Positions 41,342-49,060 of a DNA stretch of 54,639 nucleotides are shown here, piece after piece (position 1 is the first letter of the stretch; the number at the start of each line of letters is the position of its first letter). The notes beneath the pieces were generated by a model. That model was given only the letters and a program-made list of their open reading frames with translations. It had not been told where the DNA came from and did no database searches. The translations under genes and the position numbers were made by a program. Origin of the DNA: a virus (lineage: Duplodnaviria > Caudoviricetes); IMG/VR virus record IMGVR_UViG_3300024296_000003, positions 1 through 54,639 of that record, one strand, 5' to 3'.

Positions 41342-41914
41342 CTACTTAAACAGTTCTTCTAAATTATTATCTTTAATAACCTTTTTTAGCATAGGTACAT
41401 ATCGCTCAGCCTCTGCATAACTTGCCCCTAAATATTGAAAGTATTCATCTTCAGTATTTAACTGGCTTAAATACCTACATTGATAAAAAGCGTAGTCATA
41501 CACCGATTCTCTCCAATGATTATAATAAGCATGATTTCTTGAGGTACCTTCTGCCGTTGTAATTCTACGCCTTGCCTGCTTCATACCAAAGAGATTATGA
41601 TTTTCTAAAAAAATATCACTTTTCCAATATCCTGTCTCTAGGATAGATTGTGCCATTACAATATAAGGAAATTTTACCCTTAGGTCTTTTAGCATTCCTA
41701 CTAACTTTTCCTGATTAAATGTATCTATTTCATTAATAAATACTACTGTCTCGGCTTCTTTAAAATCGCTTATGATAACTTCCTTTGCAGTTCCTCTACC
41801 TATAATAAAACCTATTATTGCAATAAACAATAAAATTGATAAAAGATAAAGTACCCAGTTTTGGATACATACTCTACTGTACATTAATTTTTCTCTATCG
41901 TATTTAAAAAGCAT
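41342..41914 (-). CDS. GH73 glucosaminidase-family peptidoglycan hydrolase with N-terminal TM helix (candidate endolysin)
   Basis: AQSILETG, HNLFGMK, AYYNHWRESVYDY, YAEAERY; TM WVLYLLSILLFIAIIGFIIG. Confidence 0.8.
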   Translation of the reverse strand: MLFKYDREKLMYSRVCIQNWVLYLLSILLFIAIIGFIIGRGTAKEVIISDFKEAETVVFINEIDTFNQEKLVGMLKDLRVKFPYIVMAQSILETGYWKSDIFLENHNLFGMKQARRRITTAEGTSRNHAYYNHWRESVYDYAFYQCRYLSQLNTEDEYFQYLGASYAEAERYVPMLKKVIKDNNLEELFK

Positions 41915-41917
41915 ATA

Positions 41918-42016
41918 CTATTTATAAGTTAAACAAAAAAGCATTAGAGTAAAATAACCTAATGCTATAATTAGAAATATATCTATTGATTGTAATTTAT
42001 TTAAAAACTTTTTCAT
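41918..42016 (-). CDS. 32-aa single-TM peptide
   Basis: Manual translation MKKFLNKLQSIDIFLIIALGYFTLMLFCLTYK; ATGA overlap with upstream gene; ends 3 nt before lysin start. Confidence 0.45.
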   Translation of the reverse strand: MKKFLNKLQSIDIFLIIALGYFTLMLFCLTYK

Positions 42017-42183
42017 TTTTCTCTAGATAAAAATATCCATAATACTAAGTATACCCAAAATGCAGCAGGTACAATAAATATAAAAGAAACCCTCCACAGA
42101 ATAGAGGGAAGATTAGACCATTCACCTAACCCTTGGCATACTCCACCAATATAACCATTTCCTCTGTATAGTTTATTACTCAT
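42013..42183 (-). CDS. pspC: PspC-domain membrane micro-protein, 56 aa
   Basis: Manual translation MSNKLYRGNGYIGGVCQGLGEWSNLPSILWRVSFIFIVPAAFWVYLVLWIFLSREK; KLYR...IGGVC.GL is the PspC signature. Confidence 0.75.
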   Translation of the reverse strand: MSNKLYRGNGYIGGVCQGLGEWSNLPSILWRVSFIFIVPAAFWVYLVLWIFLSREK

Positions 42184-42188
42184 ATAGA

Positions 42189-42683
42189 TTAAAAGTTACC
42201 TTCAGCAACTTGAAAACAATCAAGACCGTTTTCTCTCCACATCTTAACGACTTTATTTCTGTCATCAAATACACAAAGTATATCATCCTTCTTTTCACCT
42301 TCAAATAAAGTATCCAACCAATGTTGTTTTAATTTATCATCTGGCATCCACTTAAATTTTTGTGATGTAGGTCTCATGTATAGAAAATCGTAAGGTACAT
42401 TGTTTTCTTTTAACCACTGTTCTGTTGCATCTTTTGTGGCTTCACTTCTACCTGACAAAATATAAAGAGTATGATCTACACCCTTCATTAGTTGCATCAT
42501 CTGTATAACAGGAACATTAGGTTTATCCAAATTAATGTTTTTAGGATCAAAAAATTTATCCCAATCCATTTTACCGTCATCTTTTGTAGAAAGAGATCGC
42601 CTTTCGTCTATGTTTGCAATAGTACCGTCAAGATCAAAGATAATGGTATTTTGTGTACCGTCTAAGTCGAATGTAATTCCCAT
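42189..42683 (-). CDS. T4 PseT/PNK-type 3'-phosphatase (HAD domain only); start revised to 42683
   Basis: IIFDLDGTIA, LSGR, LYMRP, FDDRNKVVKMWRENGLDCFQVAEGNF; promoter-like motif at 42707-42735 overlaps the longer start. Confidence 0.8.
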   Translation of the reverse strand: MGITFDLDGTQNTIIFDLDGTIANIDERRSLSTKDDGKMDWDKFFDPKNINLDKPNVPVIQMMQLMKGVDHTLYILSGRSEATKDATEQWLKENNVPYDFLYMRPTSQKFKWMPDDKLKQHWLDTLFEGEKKDDILCVFDDRNKVVKMWRENGLDCFQVAEGNF

Positions 42684-42740
42684 ATTTATTTTATTTGATT
42701 TATTTAAATATAACAAGTAGTTATATAAAGTGAAAGTTTT

Positions 42741-42941
42741 TTATGAACTTTTTTGTTCTTCGTCTCTAAGCTTTTGGATGTAAACAGCCTTAAGTTTTTT
42801 AGCTCTCTTTTTTGCAGATGGTTTTACAAATTCTTTACCTTCTTTTATTTTTCTAATCTGCTTAGTCTTTTTTTGTTTTTGCTTATATCTTTTAAGCATT
42901 CTATCTATAGAATCTTTTTCATTCTTTTTAATTATTATCAT
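42741..42941 (-). CDS. rpsU: Ribosomal protein bS21
   Basis: 66 aa basic; SIDRMLKRYKQK...EFVKPSAKKR...KAVYIQK. Confidence 0.85.
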   Translation of the reverse strand: MIIIKKNEKDSIDRMLKRYKQKQKKTKQIRKIKEGKEFVKPSAKKRAKKLKAVYIQKLRDEEQKSS

Positions 42942-42957
42942 ACATTATATTTTTTTG

Positions 42958-43030
42958 TTGTCCCTACAGGGGTCGAACCTATACTCTTCTGGACCAAAAC
43001 CAGACGTGTTGCCAATTACACCAAGGGACA
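42958..43030 (-). tRNA. tRNA-Gln(UUG)
   Basis: TGTCCCT/AGGGACA acceptor; anticodon arm TCTGG-TTTTGGT-CCAGA; T loop GGTTCGACCC; CCA not encoded. Confidence 0.92.
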
Positions 43031-43058
43031 ATATACTAATTCCTTGAATTATTATTTA

Positions 43059-43403
43059 TTATTTATTGTGCTTAACGATAAATGATCCTACAGCACCTTC
43101 CAGTTTTTGTATTTTTAAACCTAATTTATTCTCCACTTTATCAGCCCTAGAATCAATAAGCTTACCTAGCTCTTCTGATTCTTGACTAAAGTTTCGTTCA
43201 AGACGGTCTATTTCTTTTTCAAAATGCTGATGTAATTTTTCTAATTCATTAGAGAGGTCATCAGCAGTATCCCCAATGTAATCTTCAAGATCCTCTTTAG
43301 AATCTTCAATGTTTGAAACTTTGTTCCAAACCCTAACAATACCTATGACACTTAAAATAAAAAGCACCGTAAGTACACCTAAAGTAAAATAAAATGTTTC
43401 CAT
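43059..43403 (-). CDS. N-terminal TM + coiled-coil protein, 114 aa
   Basis: FYFTLGVLTVLFILSVIGIV followed by acidic heptads. Confidence 0.55.
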   Translation of the reverse strand: METFYFTLGVLTVLFILSVIGIVRVWNKVSNIEDSKEDLEDYIGDTADDLSNELEKLHQHFEKEIDRLERNFSQESEELGKLIDSRADKVENKLGLKIQKLEGAVGSFIVKHNK

Positions 43404-43473
43404 AGTTTTCGTTTTTTGTTTTTATAGAATTAGTATATTAATTATATGTAAAAAAGTAAAAAGGTTTAAGCAC

Positions 43474-43505
43474 AAAAAACCCAGGGTCCTAGAATCCTGG
43501 GTTTC
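43474..43505 (-). terminator. Intrinsic terminator after OM beta-barrel gene
   Basis: Minus strand AAACCCAGG-ATTCTAGGAC-CCTGGGTTT followed by a further TTT. Confidence 0.75.
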
Positions 43506-43525
43506 TTTGTATGTATATAATTTAA

Positions 43526-43954
43526 TTAGAATCTTAAACCGAATCCTAAAGTAAGATTAGTTGTTTTTGTTCCAGAATTGTAAACCAATTTAGGATCAAC
43601 GAACACTGCATCTTTGTGGAAAGTAAACATTTTACCTATACCTATTTCAAGGTTATCAGTATCAAATTCACTTAATCCAGCATATAGGAAAAAGTCCTGC
43701 TCTCCGGCAGTAACAAAGTATCTTGCATGTACATCAATGCTAAGATCTTCTGTTGAGTCAGCCTGTTCAACACCTAATCCAATCATAAGCTTATCAGTTA
43801 CACCATAGCCTAATGTTGGGGATACTGCCCAGTCTGTCCATGCAACATTTGCAATGTCACCCGTACCTACGTACCAGTCACCTTTTGCATTTTGCGCGTT
43901 TGCTCCAAAACCTACTAGGATTGTTAGAGCGAAAGTTAAAATAAAATTTTTCAT
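43526..43954 (-). CDS. Small outer-membrane beta-barrel protein (8-strand porin/OmpA-like)
   Basis: Sec signal MKNFILTFALTILVGFGANA/Q; amphipathic strands; C-terminal beta-signal LTLGFGLRF. Confidence 0.75.
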   Translation of the reverse strand: MKNFILTFALTILVGFGANAQNAKGDWYVGTGDIANVAWTDWAVSPTLGYGVTDKLMIGLGVEQADSTEDLSIDVHARYFVTAGEQDFFLYAGLSEFDTDNLEIGIGKMFTFHKDAVFVDPKLVYNSGTKTTNLTLGFGLRF

Positions 43955-44155
43955 TTAATTAATTGTTTTTGGTTAAAATTATTTTGAACCGGTTTTTGAA
44001 GCCGGTATTAAACACTTTACTTTTATGAGAATGAATCTAGTACTTTAATTTCCATAAATTTTCAAATGTTAGCCGTGAGCAGACATACCCACAGTTTTTC
44101 TTTAGTTTCTTTTATTAATATTTAATTATATTGTAAAGAAGTTATTTGTTTCACA

Positions 44156-44575
44156 TTAATATTGTGATTCTCTTTTTACGACTTCAATTGCTTTTAAAAG
44201 CTTGTCATAATCAACAGGGCATTTAAGATCTAATCCTGCTCTTGCTGTAAATTTAATATATGCATCACCTCTAAGATAAATGAGTATAGTTGGTGCCATT
44301 CTAATTTTTAAATCACTTTTTAATTTAGGTGATGTTGCTATATTGCACCTGTAATATTTTACACCATTTAAATCATTAATCTTTTTCCAATCTTTAAATG
44401 CATTGTCTTTATTAAACTCTGCCCAAAATTCTACAACTATTACATCATGTATAGAATTGTCTTCAAATGCTTCATAACCTGTAACCTTAGTATCAAAGTT
44501 ATTATCGTTTACCCAGCCTTGTGAAAATACTGAAGTACTGATTAATAACAAGCATATAAGTAAAATATTTTTCAT
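44156..44575 (-). CDS. Secreted thioredoxin-fold protein lacking CxxC (start revised to MKNILL)
   Basis: Signal peptide; VVEFWAEFN where WCxxC is expected; IRMAPTILIY cis-Pro loop. Confidence 0.6.
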   Translation of the reverse strand: MKNILLICLLLISTSVFSQGWVNDNNFDTKVTGYEAFEDNSIHDVIVVEFWAEFNKDNAFKDWKKINDLNGVKYYRCNIATSPKLKSDLKIRMAPTILIYLRGDAYIKFTARAGLDLKCPVDYDKLLKAIEVVKRESQY

Positions 44576-44576
44576 A

Positions 44577-44861
44577 TTATCGTCTTTGTTGTAATTCATA
44601 CAGACGTTCATCTATCTTCTTTAACTGTTCTTTCATTTCTTCAACGTCTTCTTGTGTGTCCATTATAGTCTGCCTAATTAATTCGTCTTTCATATCAAAT
44701 TCCATTCTTTCAATCACAGGCTTAGGTAATTTTTTAGCCTCGTCAATATCAGCTTGTAATACGAACCACATACTTATAACAGTTGCCATAGCAGCACCTA
44801 TAGCTACTAAGGTTTTAATACTTACCTTAAATCCAATATCTTCATTTAACTCTTTTGCCAT
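44577..44861 (-). CDS. TM + coiled-coil protein, 94 aa
   Basis: TLVAIGAAMATVISMWFVL then DVEEMKEQLKKIDERLYEL. Confidence 0.55.
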   Translation of the reverse strand: MAKELNEDIGFKVSIKTLVAIGAAMATVISMWFVLQADIDEAKKLPKPVIERMEFDMKDELIRQTIMDTQEDVEEMKEQLKKIDERLYELQQRR

Positions 44862-44873
44862 TTTAATCTATTC

Positions 44874-45059
44874 TTATTTAGCAGTAACTATAGAAAACAA
44901 GATGTATGTTACTAATCCAAATAACACACCGTTTAATTGTCTTTCATGATGGCCCTCAGTTACAGTTGGTTTGCAGCAGTCATCAGATACTGGTTTGGAT
45001 GCGCCACAACCAAATAATAATATTGAACCTAATGCTAATGTTACTATTTTTCTTTTCAT
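44874..45059 (-). CDS. Small lipoprotein with C-terminal TM helix, 61 aa
   Basis: Lipobox LLFG-C; C-terminal GVLFGLVTYILFSIVT. Confidence 0.55.
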   Translation of the reverse strand: MKRKIVTLALGSILLFGCGASKPVSDDCCKPTVTEGHHERQLNGVLFGLVTYILFSIVTAK

Positions 45060-46252
45060 TATTTAAATGTATAATTTAATCCAAACGTAGATTGATATAA
45101 TTTACTATCCCACATTTTACTATATTCACCTTCAACAAATACACCAAGATTTTTTCCTACCTTCCATCCAAAGCTAGCACCAAAGGAATAATCAGACCAT
45201 TGTTCTAATTCAGAATCTTCTACCAATCCACCTTTACCCCAATTGTTTCTATTTAAGTAGGAACATAATTCATCACCCATGACATACTTATGATAAGGTA
45301 AGATATAGTTACCGTAAGCATGTAACCAGAAGTTGCCTTTGTAATGATAAAAATCAAAACCTACGATAGGGGCAATTTCACCAAACCTATCTAACTGACT
45401 CCATACTTCATTATTAAACCGGTTCATTAATTGAGGAAATATAGTCTCCCTAAATTCTAAATCAGTTTGGGCAACCTCGTTACCTTCAGAATCAACCCAA
45501 TACCAATCATTTACTTCGTTACCGTTTTCATCTTCACGCGTATAGTATATGTCATCATAACCATATTCAAATCCTAACTCATACCAATAATTAGTTGGAA
45601 AACCTGAATCGTTAGTTTCATTTAACCATATCTCAATAGGATTATATCCATAAGCTCTATCATGAGTTCTAAATATAGCACCAGCAGATAGTGAGAATTT
45701 TTCACCTATAGGTAATCTTGCTCTGGCTTCAGCTGATTGATATTTTAAATTAATTCTACCAACCTCTCTACTTTCAGCTTTTATAATATGATGTTTACCT
45801 GTATGCTTTAGGAAGAATCTATGATTATCAAATTCTCTTCCTTGCCATCTTTCTTTTTCTAAATGAAATTGATATTCAAAACCAGTTACAGCAGAAGAAG
45901 GTGCAGTAAATGCTAATTGCTGTTCTGTACCATCATAATAGTTTTTAGGCTTTCTTTCATAATCAAATCTTGCAAGCTTTCTTATTCCAAAACCGTATCT
46001 ATAATCAAAAGGAAAGGATGGTGTATTATCTACAACATCAGGAATTGAATATAATGAACCATCAGGATTGGTTCTAACAAAATATGTAGGTGATCCTGCT
46101 ACTACAGAGTTTCTAATTTCACCAGCGCCATATACAGTACCATACTTTAAAAAGTCTTGGTAAACTTTACTAAAGAATGAATCATTTTGTGCATTCACAT
46201 TAGTGGGCATTAACATTACTAATGCAATTAATATGCTAAATAAGTATTTCAT
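45059..46252 (-). CDS. Outer-membrane beta-barrel protein, 397 aa
   Basis: Signal peptide ending VNA/Q; alternating aromatic strands; C-terminal STFGLNYTFK. Confidence 0.65.
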   Translation of the reverse strand: MKYLFSILIALVMLMPTNVNAQNDSFFSKVYQDFLKYGTVYGAGEIRNSVVAGSPTYFVRTNPDGSLYSIPDVVDNTPSFPFDYRYGFGIRKLARFDYERKPKNYYDGTEQQLAFTAPSSAVTGFEYQFHLEKERWQGREFDNHRFFLKHTGKHHIIKAESREVGRINLKYQSAEARARLPIGEKFSLSAGAIFRTHDRAYGYNPIEIWLNETNDSGFPTNYWYELGFEYGYDDIYYTREDENGNEVNDWYWVDSEGNEVAQTDLEFRETIFPQLMNRFNNEVWSQLDRFGEIAPIVGFDFYHYKGNFWLHAYGNYILPYHKYVMGDELCSYLNRNNWGKGGLVEDSELEQWSDYSFGASFGWKVGKNLGVFVEGEYSKMWDSKLYQSTFGLNYTFK

Positions 46253-46329
46253 ATAGATAGAACTATTTTTAGTATTTATTTTAAAGAATAAGTTTTTTTG
46301 AGAGAAATTTCTTAATTCTTTATAAAACT

Positions 46330-46355
46330 AAAAAAGACCGGATAAACCGGCCTTT
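46330..46355 (-). terminator. Intrinsic terminator after acetyltransferase
   Basis: Minus strand AAAGGCCGG-TTTAT-CCGGTCTTT followed by a further TTT. Confidence 0.7.
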
Positions 46356-46373
46356 AAAGAAACATTTTACTGC

Positions 46374-46835
46374 TTATGATTTTTTTACAACAGATCCTGA
46401 AGGTACATTAGTATTAGCAGGAATAGTAACACCATTTTCTACAAAAACATTATCACCGATAGTAACACCATCTTCAATTACACAATTAATATCTATTGTA
46501 CAATTAGCTCCTATATAAACCTGGTCACCTATTGTTGTTCCAGGTCTAATCAGTGTGCAGCATCCTACTACTAAACCTTTACCTATAACAGAACCATCGA
46601 GATTATTACACCCTTTAAAGAATTGATGAATATTAGAAGAACTTAAATATTTACTTTCAACACTTAATCTTTCACTACCATCTTCAACTGCTATGATCCA
46701 TTCATTATCTCCACCTGCCTGAGAATAATTACTCTTATCATAAATTGCCCACTCCCCTACTTTAAGTAGTGAGGTAATTTTCGTAGACCACCCTGTAGGT
46801 ATTCCACTATCATTTGTTCCGTAAATGTTTAACAT
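46374..46835 (-). CDS. Hexapeptide-repeat (LbH) acetyltransferase-like protein, NeuD/PglD-like
   Basis: IGKGLVVG...TIGDQVYIGANCTIDINCVIEDGVTIGDNVFVENGVTIPANTNVPSGSVV. Confidence 0.7.
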   Translation of the reverse strand: MLNIYGTNDSGIPTGWSTKITSLLKVGEWAIYDKSNYSQAGGDNEWIIAVEDGSERLSVESKYLSSSNIHQFFKGCNNLDGSVIGKGLVVGCCTLIRPGTTIGDQVYIGANCTIDINCVIEDGVTIGDNVFVENGVTIPANTNVPSGSVVKKS

Positions 46836-46853
46836 ATCTTTTAATTTATTTTT

Positions 46854-47336
46854 TTATATATTTTCAGTTGAGTAATTTATTTCTAAATTCCCAAAAGTAG
46901 TATCAGTTACCCAATAAGGTGGTGGTGAGGTAACACTCTGTAAGTAAATACCGTTTTCAGGTTTCAGCATCTCTTCTATTTCTTCTTCATTTACTTGAAC
47001 AGATTCAGCAGCAGTGTGAGTGTGAGTGTGAACTGGCTCTTCTTCTGTTTCTTCAGTATCTGTAGTTTCCCATCTTAAACCAGTGCCTTCTAAATCTTGA
47101 TTGTCTAATTTATGAAGATCTCTTTGTACATATAATATACTACTACCTACTAGTTCGGCTTCTAAAATACCATCTACATAAATTTCCTTTACTGCATTAT
47201 ATGGAAGTTGGTTTGGAATTAATTCTTGGTATAAGTCTGATTGAGCTGAGATAATTTTTGCCACATACGCTTTAGCGTACTTAACATCATACTCTGAGAC
47301 TTTACCGTTTAGTGTAATTGTTTTTACTTTTGACAT
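46854..47336 (-). CDS. Hypothetical acidic protein, 160 aa
   Basis: ORF track; HTHTH stretch. Confidence 0.5.
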   Translation of the reverse strand: MSKVKTITLNGKVSEYDVKYAKAYVAKIISAQSDLYQELIPNQLPYNAVKEIYVDGILEAELVGSSILYVQRDLHKLDNQDLEGTGLRWETTDTEETEEEPVHTHTHTAAESVQVNEEEIEEMLKPENGIYLQSVTSPPPYWVTDTTFGNLEINYSTENI

Positions 47337-47360
47337 TAGGTTTAGATTGTAATAAAAAAA

Positions 47361-47788
47361 GGGAAGACGATACGGAAGGGCTTGAGAATACCTTCATCAT
47401 TGCGAGCTGCTTTAAATTAGACTACCACTTTCTGAATTGCCATTCTATTACTTAATTAAACCGGCCGAGGTTTAATCATCGTAATTGGTCATCATAACCT
47501 TTAAGTGTACCTTACGCCACATACTCTTTGCGTTGTTCAGTCATTAACTAGGGCTCGGCGGTCTGCCTTCCTAGAAGTCTTTGCAAAATCTCTGTTAGAT
47601 TTTTATTGCATTGAACCTAAGTTCTGGTAATTACCCCAGTTCTGTTTCCTCATTTGAGTCATCAGCGAACCATCGTTCTAACTTAGTGCCTTATTCCCTT
47701 TTGCTCAGGAATTTTTCGGCCACGCATCTACACATAATTGGAATAATCATTTAGGAGCTACCTAAAGCTTTCCGTTCTGTGCCTTCCC
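47361..47788 (-). ncRNA. Large structured non-coding RNA (~428 nt), family unassigned
   Basis: No ORF of 60 aa or more; GC richer than flanks; ends pair (GGGAAGGC..ACGGAA / TTCCGT..GTCTTCCC) and are followed by T7; about ten local hairpins; long-range complementarities; promoter-like motif upstream. Confidence 0.75.
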
Positions 47789-47826
47789 ATAATTTCATAG
47801 AACTTTTTAATCCTTTTGGATTTATT

Positions 47827-47855
47827 ATTATATACTTAGTTTAAAAATAGTTTCA
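47827..47855 (-). promoter_or_regulatory. Class B promoter-like motif TKAAAC-N17-TATAAW (also 30890-30918, 39781-39809, 43441-43469, 44125-44153, 50508-50536)
   Basis: Six copies with identical 17-nt spacing, each upstream of a gene or the ncRNA. Confidence 0.7.
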
Positions 47856-48344
47856 TTATTCAGAGGTATTAATTATCCCTCCAATAATTTTAGTTTCTGC
47901 TAGGTGATCGAACTCTCCATAGGTAATAATCTTATAACCTGTTTCAATAGGTTCAAATCGTTGAACACAAAGACCTTTTAATTCTTCACCAAAAATATCT
48001 AATTTAGAATGTTCATTAATGAAAGGCCCACCGCTCGGATCTACCATACTAATCCATGGATTTGATTTTACAAAATTTTGATATTGTTTTCCAATAACAC
48101 TAGGTCCTACATATCGATCGTTTTCATCATACACAGATTCATGAATTGCTTCTTTAAAACTTTCAATGTGCATTGGATGACCACCTTTGGAACCTACATC
48201 TTTACAGTAATTCTGATATGCTAATTTATAATCATTAGAACTTCCAAACCTACAGTGTTCAAAAGAACCTTCCCATAGGACTGAACCATCTTCTTGTTTT
48301 GTAAATGTGTAGACATCTCCGTATCTGTTTGTATACTTTACCAT
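47856..48344 (-). CDS. Hypothetical protein, 162 aa
   Basis: ORF track; NRYGD and MVDPSGGPFI motifs. Confidence 0.55.
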   Translation of the reverse strand: MVKYTNRYGDVYTFTKQEDGSVLWEGSFEHCRFGSSNDYKLAYQNYCKDVGSKGGHPMHIESFKEAIHESVYDENDRYVGPSVIGKQYQNFVKSNPWISMVDPSGGPFINEHSKLDIFGEELKGLCVQRFEPIETGYKIITYGEFDHLAETKIIGGIINTSE

Positions 48345-48365
48345 ATTTTTGTATTTTACTACCGG

Positions 48366-48439
48366 TGAACCAGACAGGATTCGAACCTGTGACCGTCTGC
48401 TTAGAAGGCAGATGCTCTATCCAACTGAGCTACTGGTCC
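48366..48439 (-). tRNA. tRNA-Arg(UCU)
   Basis: GGACCAG/CTGGTTC acceptor; TAGCTCAGTTGGATAGAGC D arm; TCTGC-CTTCTAA-GCAGA; GGTTCGAATCC. Confidence 0.95.
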
Positions 48440-48446
48440 AAATGTT

Positions 48447-48674
48447 TTAATCTAATTCTCCGTTACTCCATGCTTCATAAATGATTGCCATAATACCTTC
48501 ATCGGTATCAGCTTCTTCCCAACCAGTAGATTCATTCCACATAAAGAATTCTGTACTCTTTGGATTTTCAGCAATTCTTACTGATAAGTTTTCTCCGTTT
48601 ACTTCAAGATCGTATTCATTAGTAGTTGCCCACCATACTTCATCTTTACTTTTTACTTCAATTGAATACTCCAT
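48447..48674 (-). CDS. Hypothetical acidic protein, 75 aa
   Basis: ORF track; between tRNAs. Confidence 0.5.
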   Translation of the reverse strand: MEYSIEVKSKDEVWWATTNEYDLEVNGENLSVRIAENPKSTEFFMWNESTGWEEADTDEGIMAIIYEAWSNGELD

Positions 48675-48676
48675 AT

Positions 48677-48946
48677 TTAAATAGCTTTAAGAGATTCATC
48701 ATTATGATGAATAGTAACATCATAGTACCTTTCACCGCACATTGCATTTTTATATTGTTCTGCCCAATCTGGTCTTATTGAATAACCATGATAGTTATAA
48801 CTTATAACTCGACCTTTTTCTTGTTTATCTCTAAATACTGGAAGTACTACTCCATTACGGTCAGTCTTTCCTTCTGGGTGAGGTACACATGCCATTGGTT
48901 TAATCCATGTAACTTTGTCTCCTACATTAAATTTGTAATCTGTCAT
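48677..48946 (-). CDS. Hypothetical protein, 89 aa (SH3-like KFNVGDKV start)
   Basis: ORF track. Confidence 0.5.
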   Translation of the reverse strand: MTDYKFNVGDKVTWIKPMACVPHPEGKTDRNGVVLPVFRDKQEKGRVISYNYHGYSIRPDWAEQYKNAMCGERYYDVTIHHNDESLKAI

Positions 48947-48967
48947 TTTTTAATTATTAAAGGTTAG

Positions 48968-49053
48968 TACCGCTGGACGGATTCGAACCGTCACTCACCG
49001 TTCGGCGAAAGGGATTTTAAGTCCCTCGTGTCTACCAGTTTCACCACAGCGGC
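48968..49053 (-). tRNA. tRNA-Leu(UAA)
   Basis: GCCGCTG/CAGCGGT acceptor; AGGGA-CTTAAAA-TCCCT; long variable arm; GGTTCGAATCC. Confidence 0.95.
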
Positions 49054-49060
49054 ATTCGTT

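Noticed and set aside
47644-47685. Hammerhead-like core CUGAUGA-CUC-AAAU-GAG-GAAAC inside the large ncRNA
   Set aside because: Stem III would have only 2 bp and stem I has an A-G mismatch at the core junction; not a supportable hammerhead.
47361-47788. tmRNA, RNase P or an active group I intron as the identity of the large ncRNA
   Set aside because: No T-loop/CCA tRNA-like end for tmRNA; no GAGGAAAGUCC or P4 signature for RNase P; flanking genes are complete, so nothing is interrupted.
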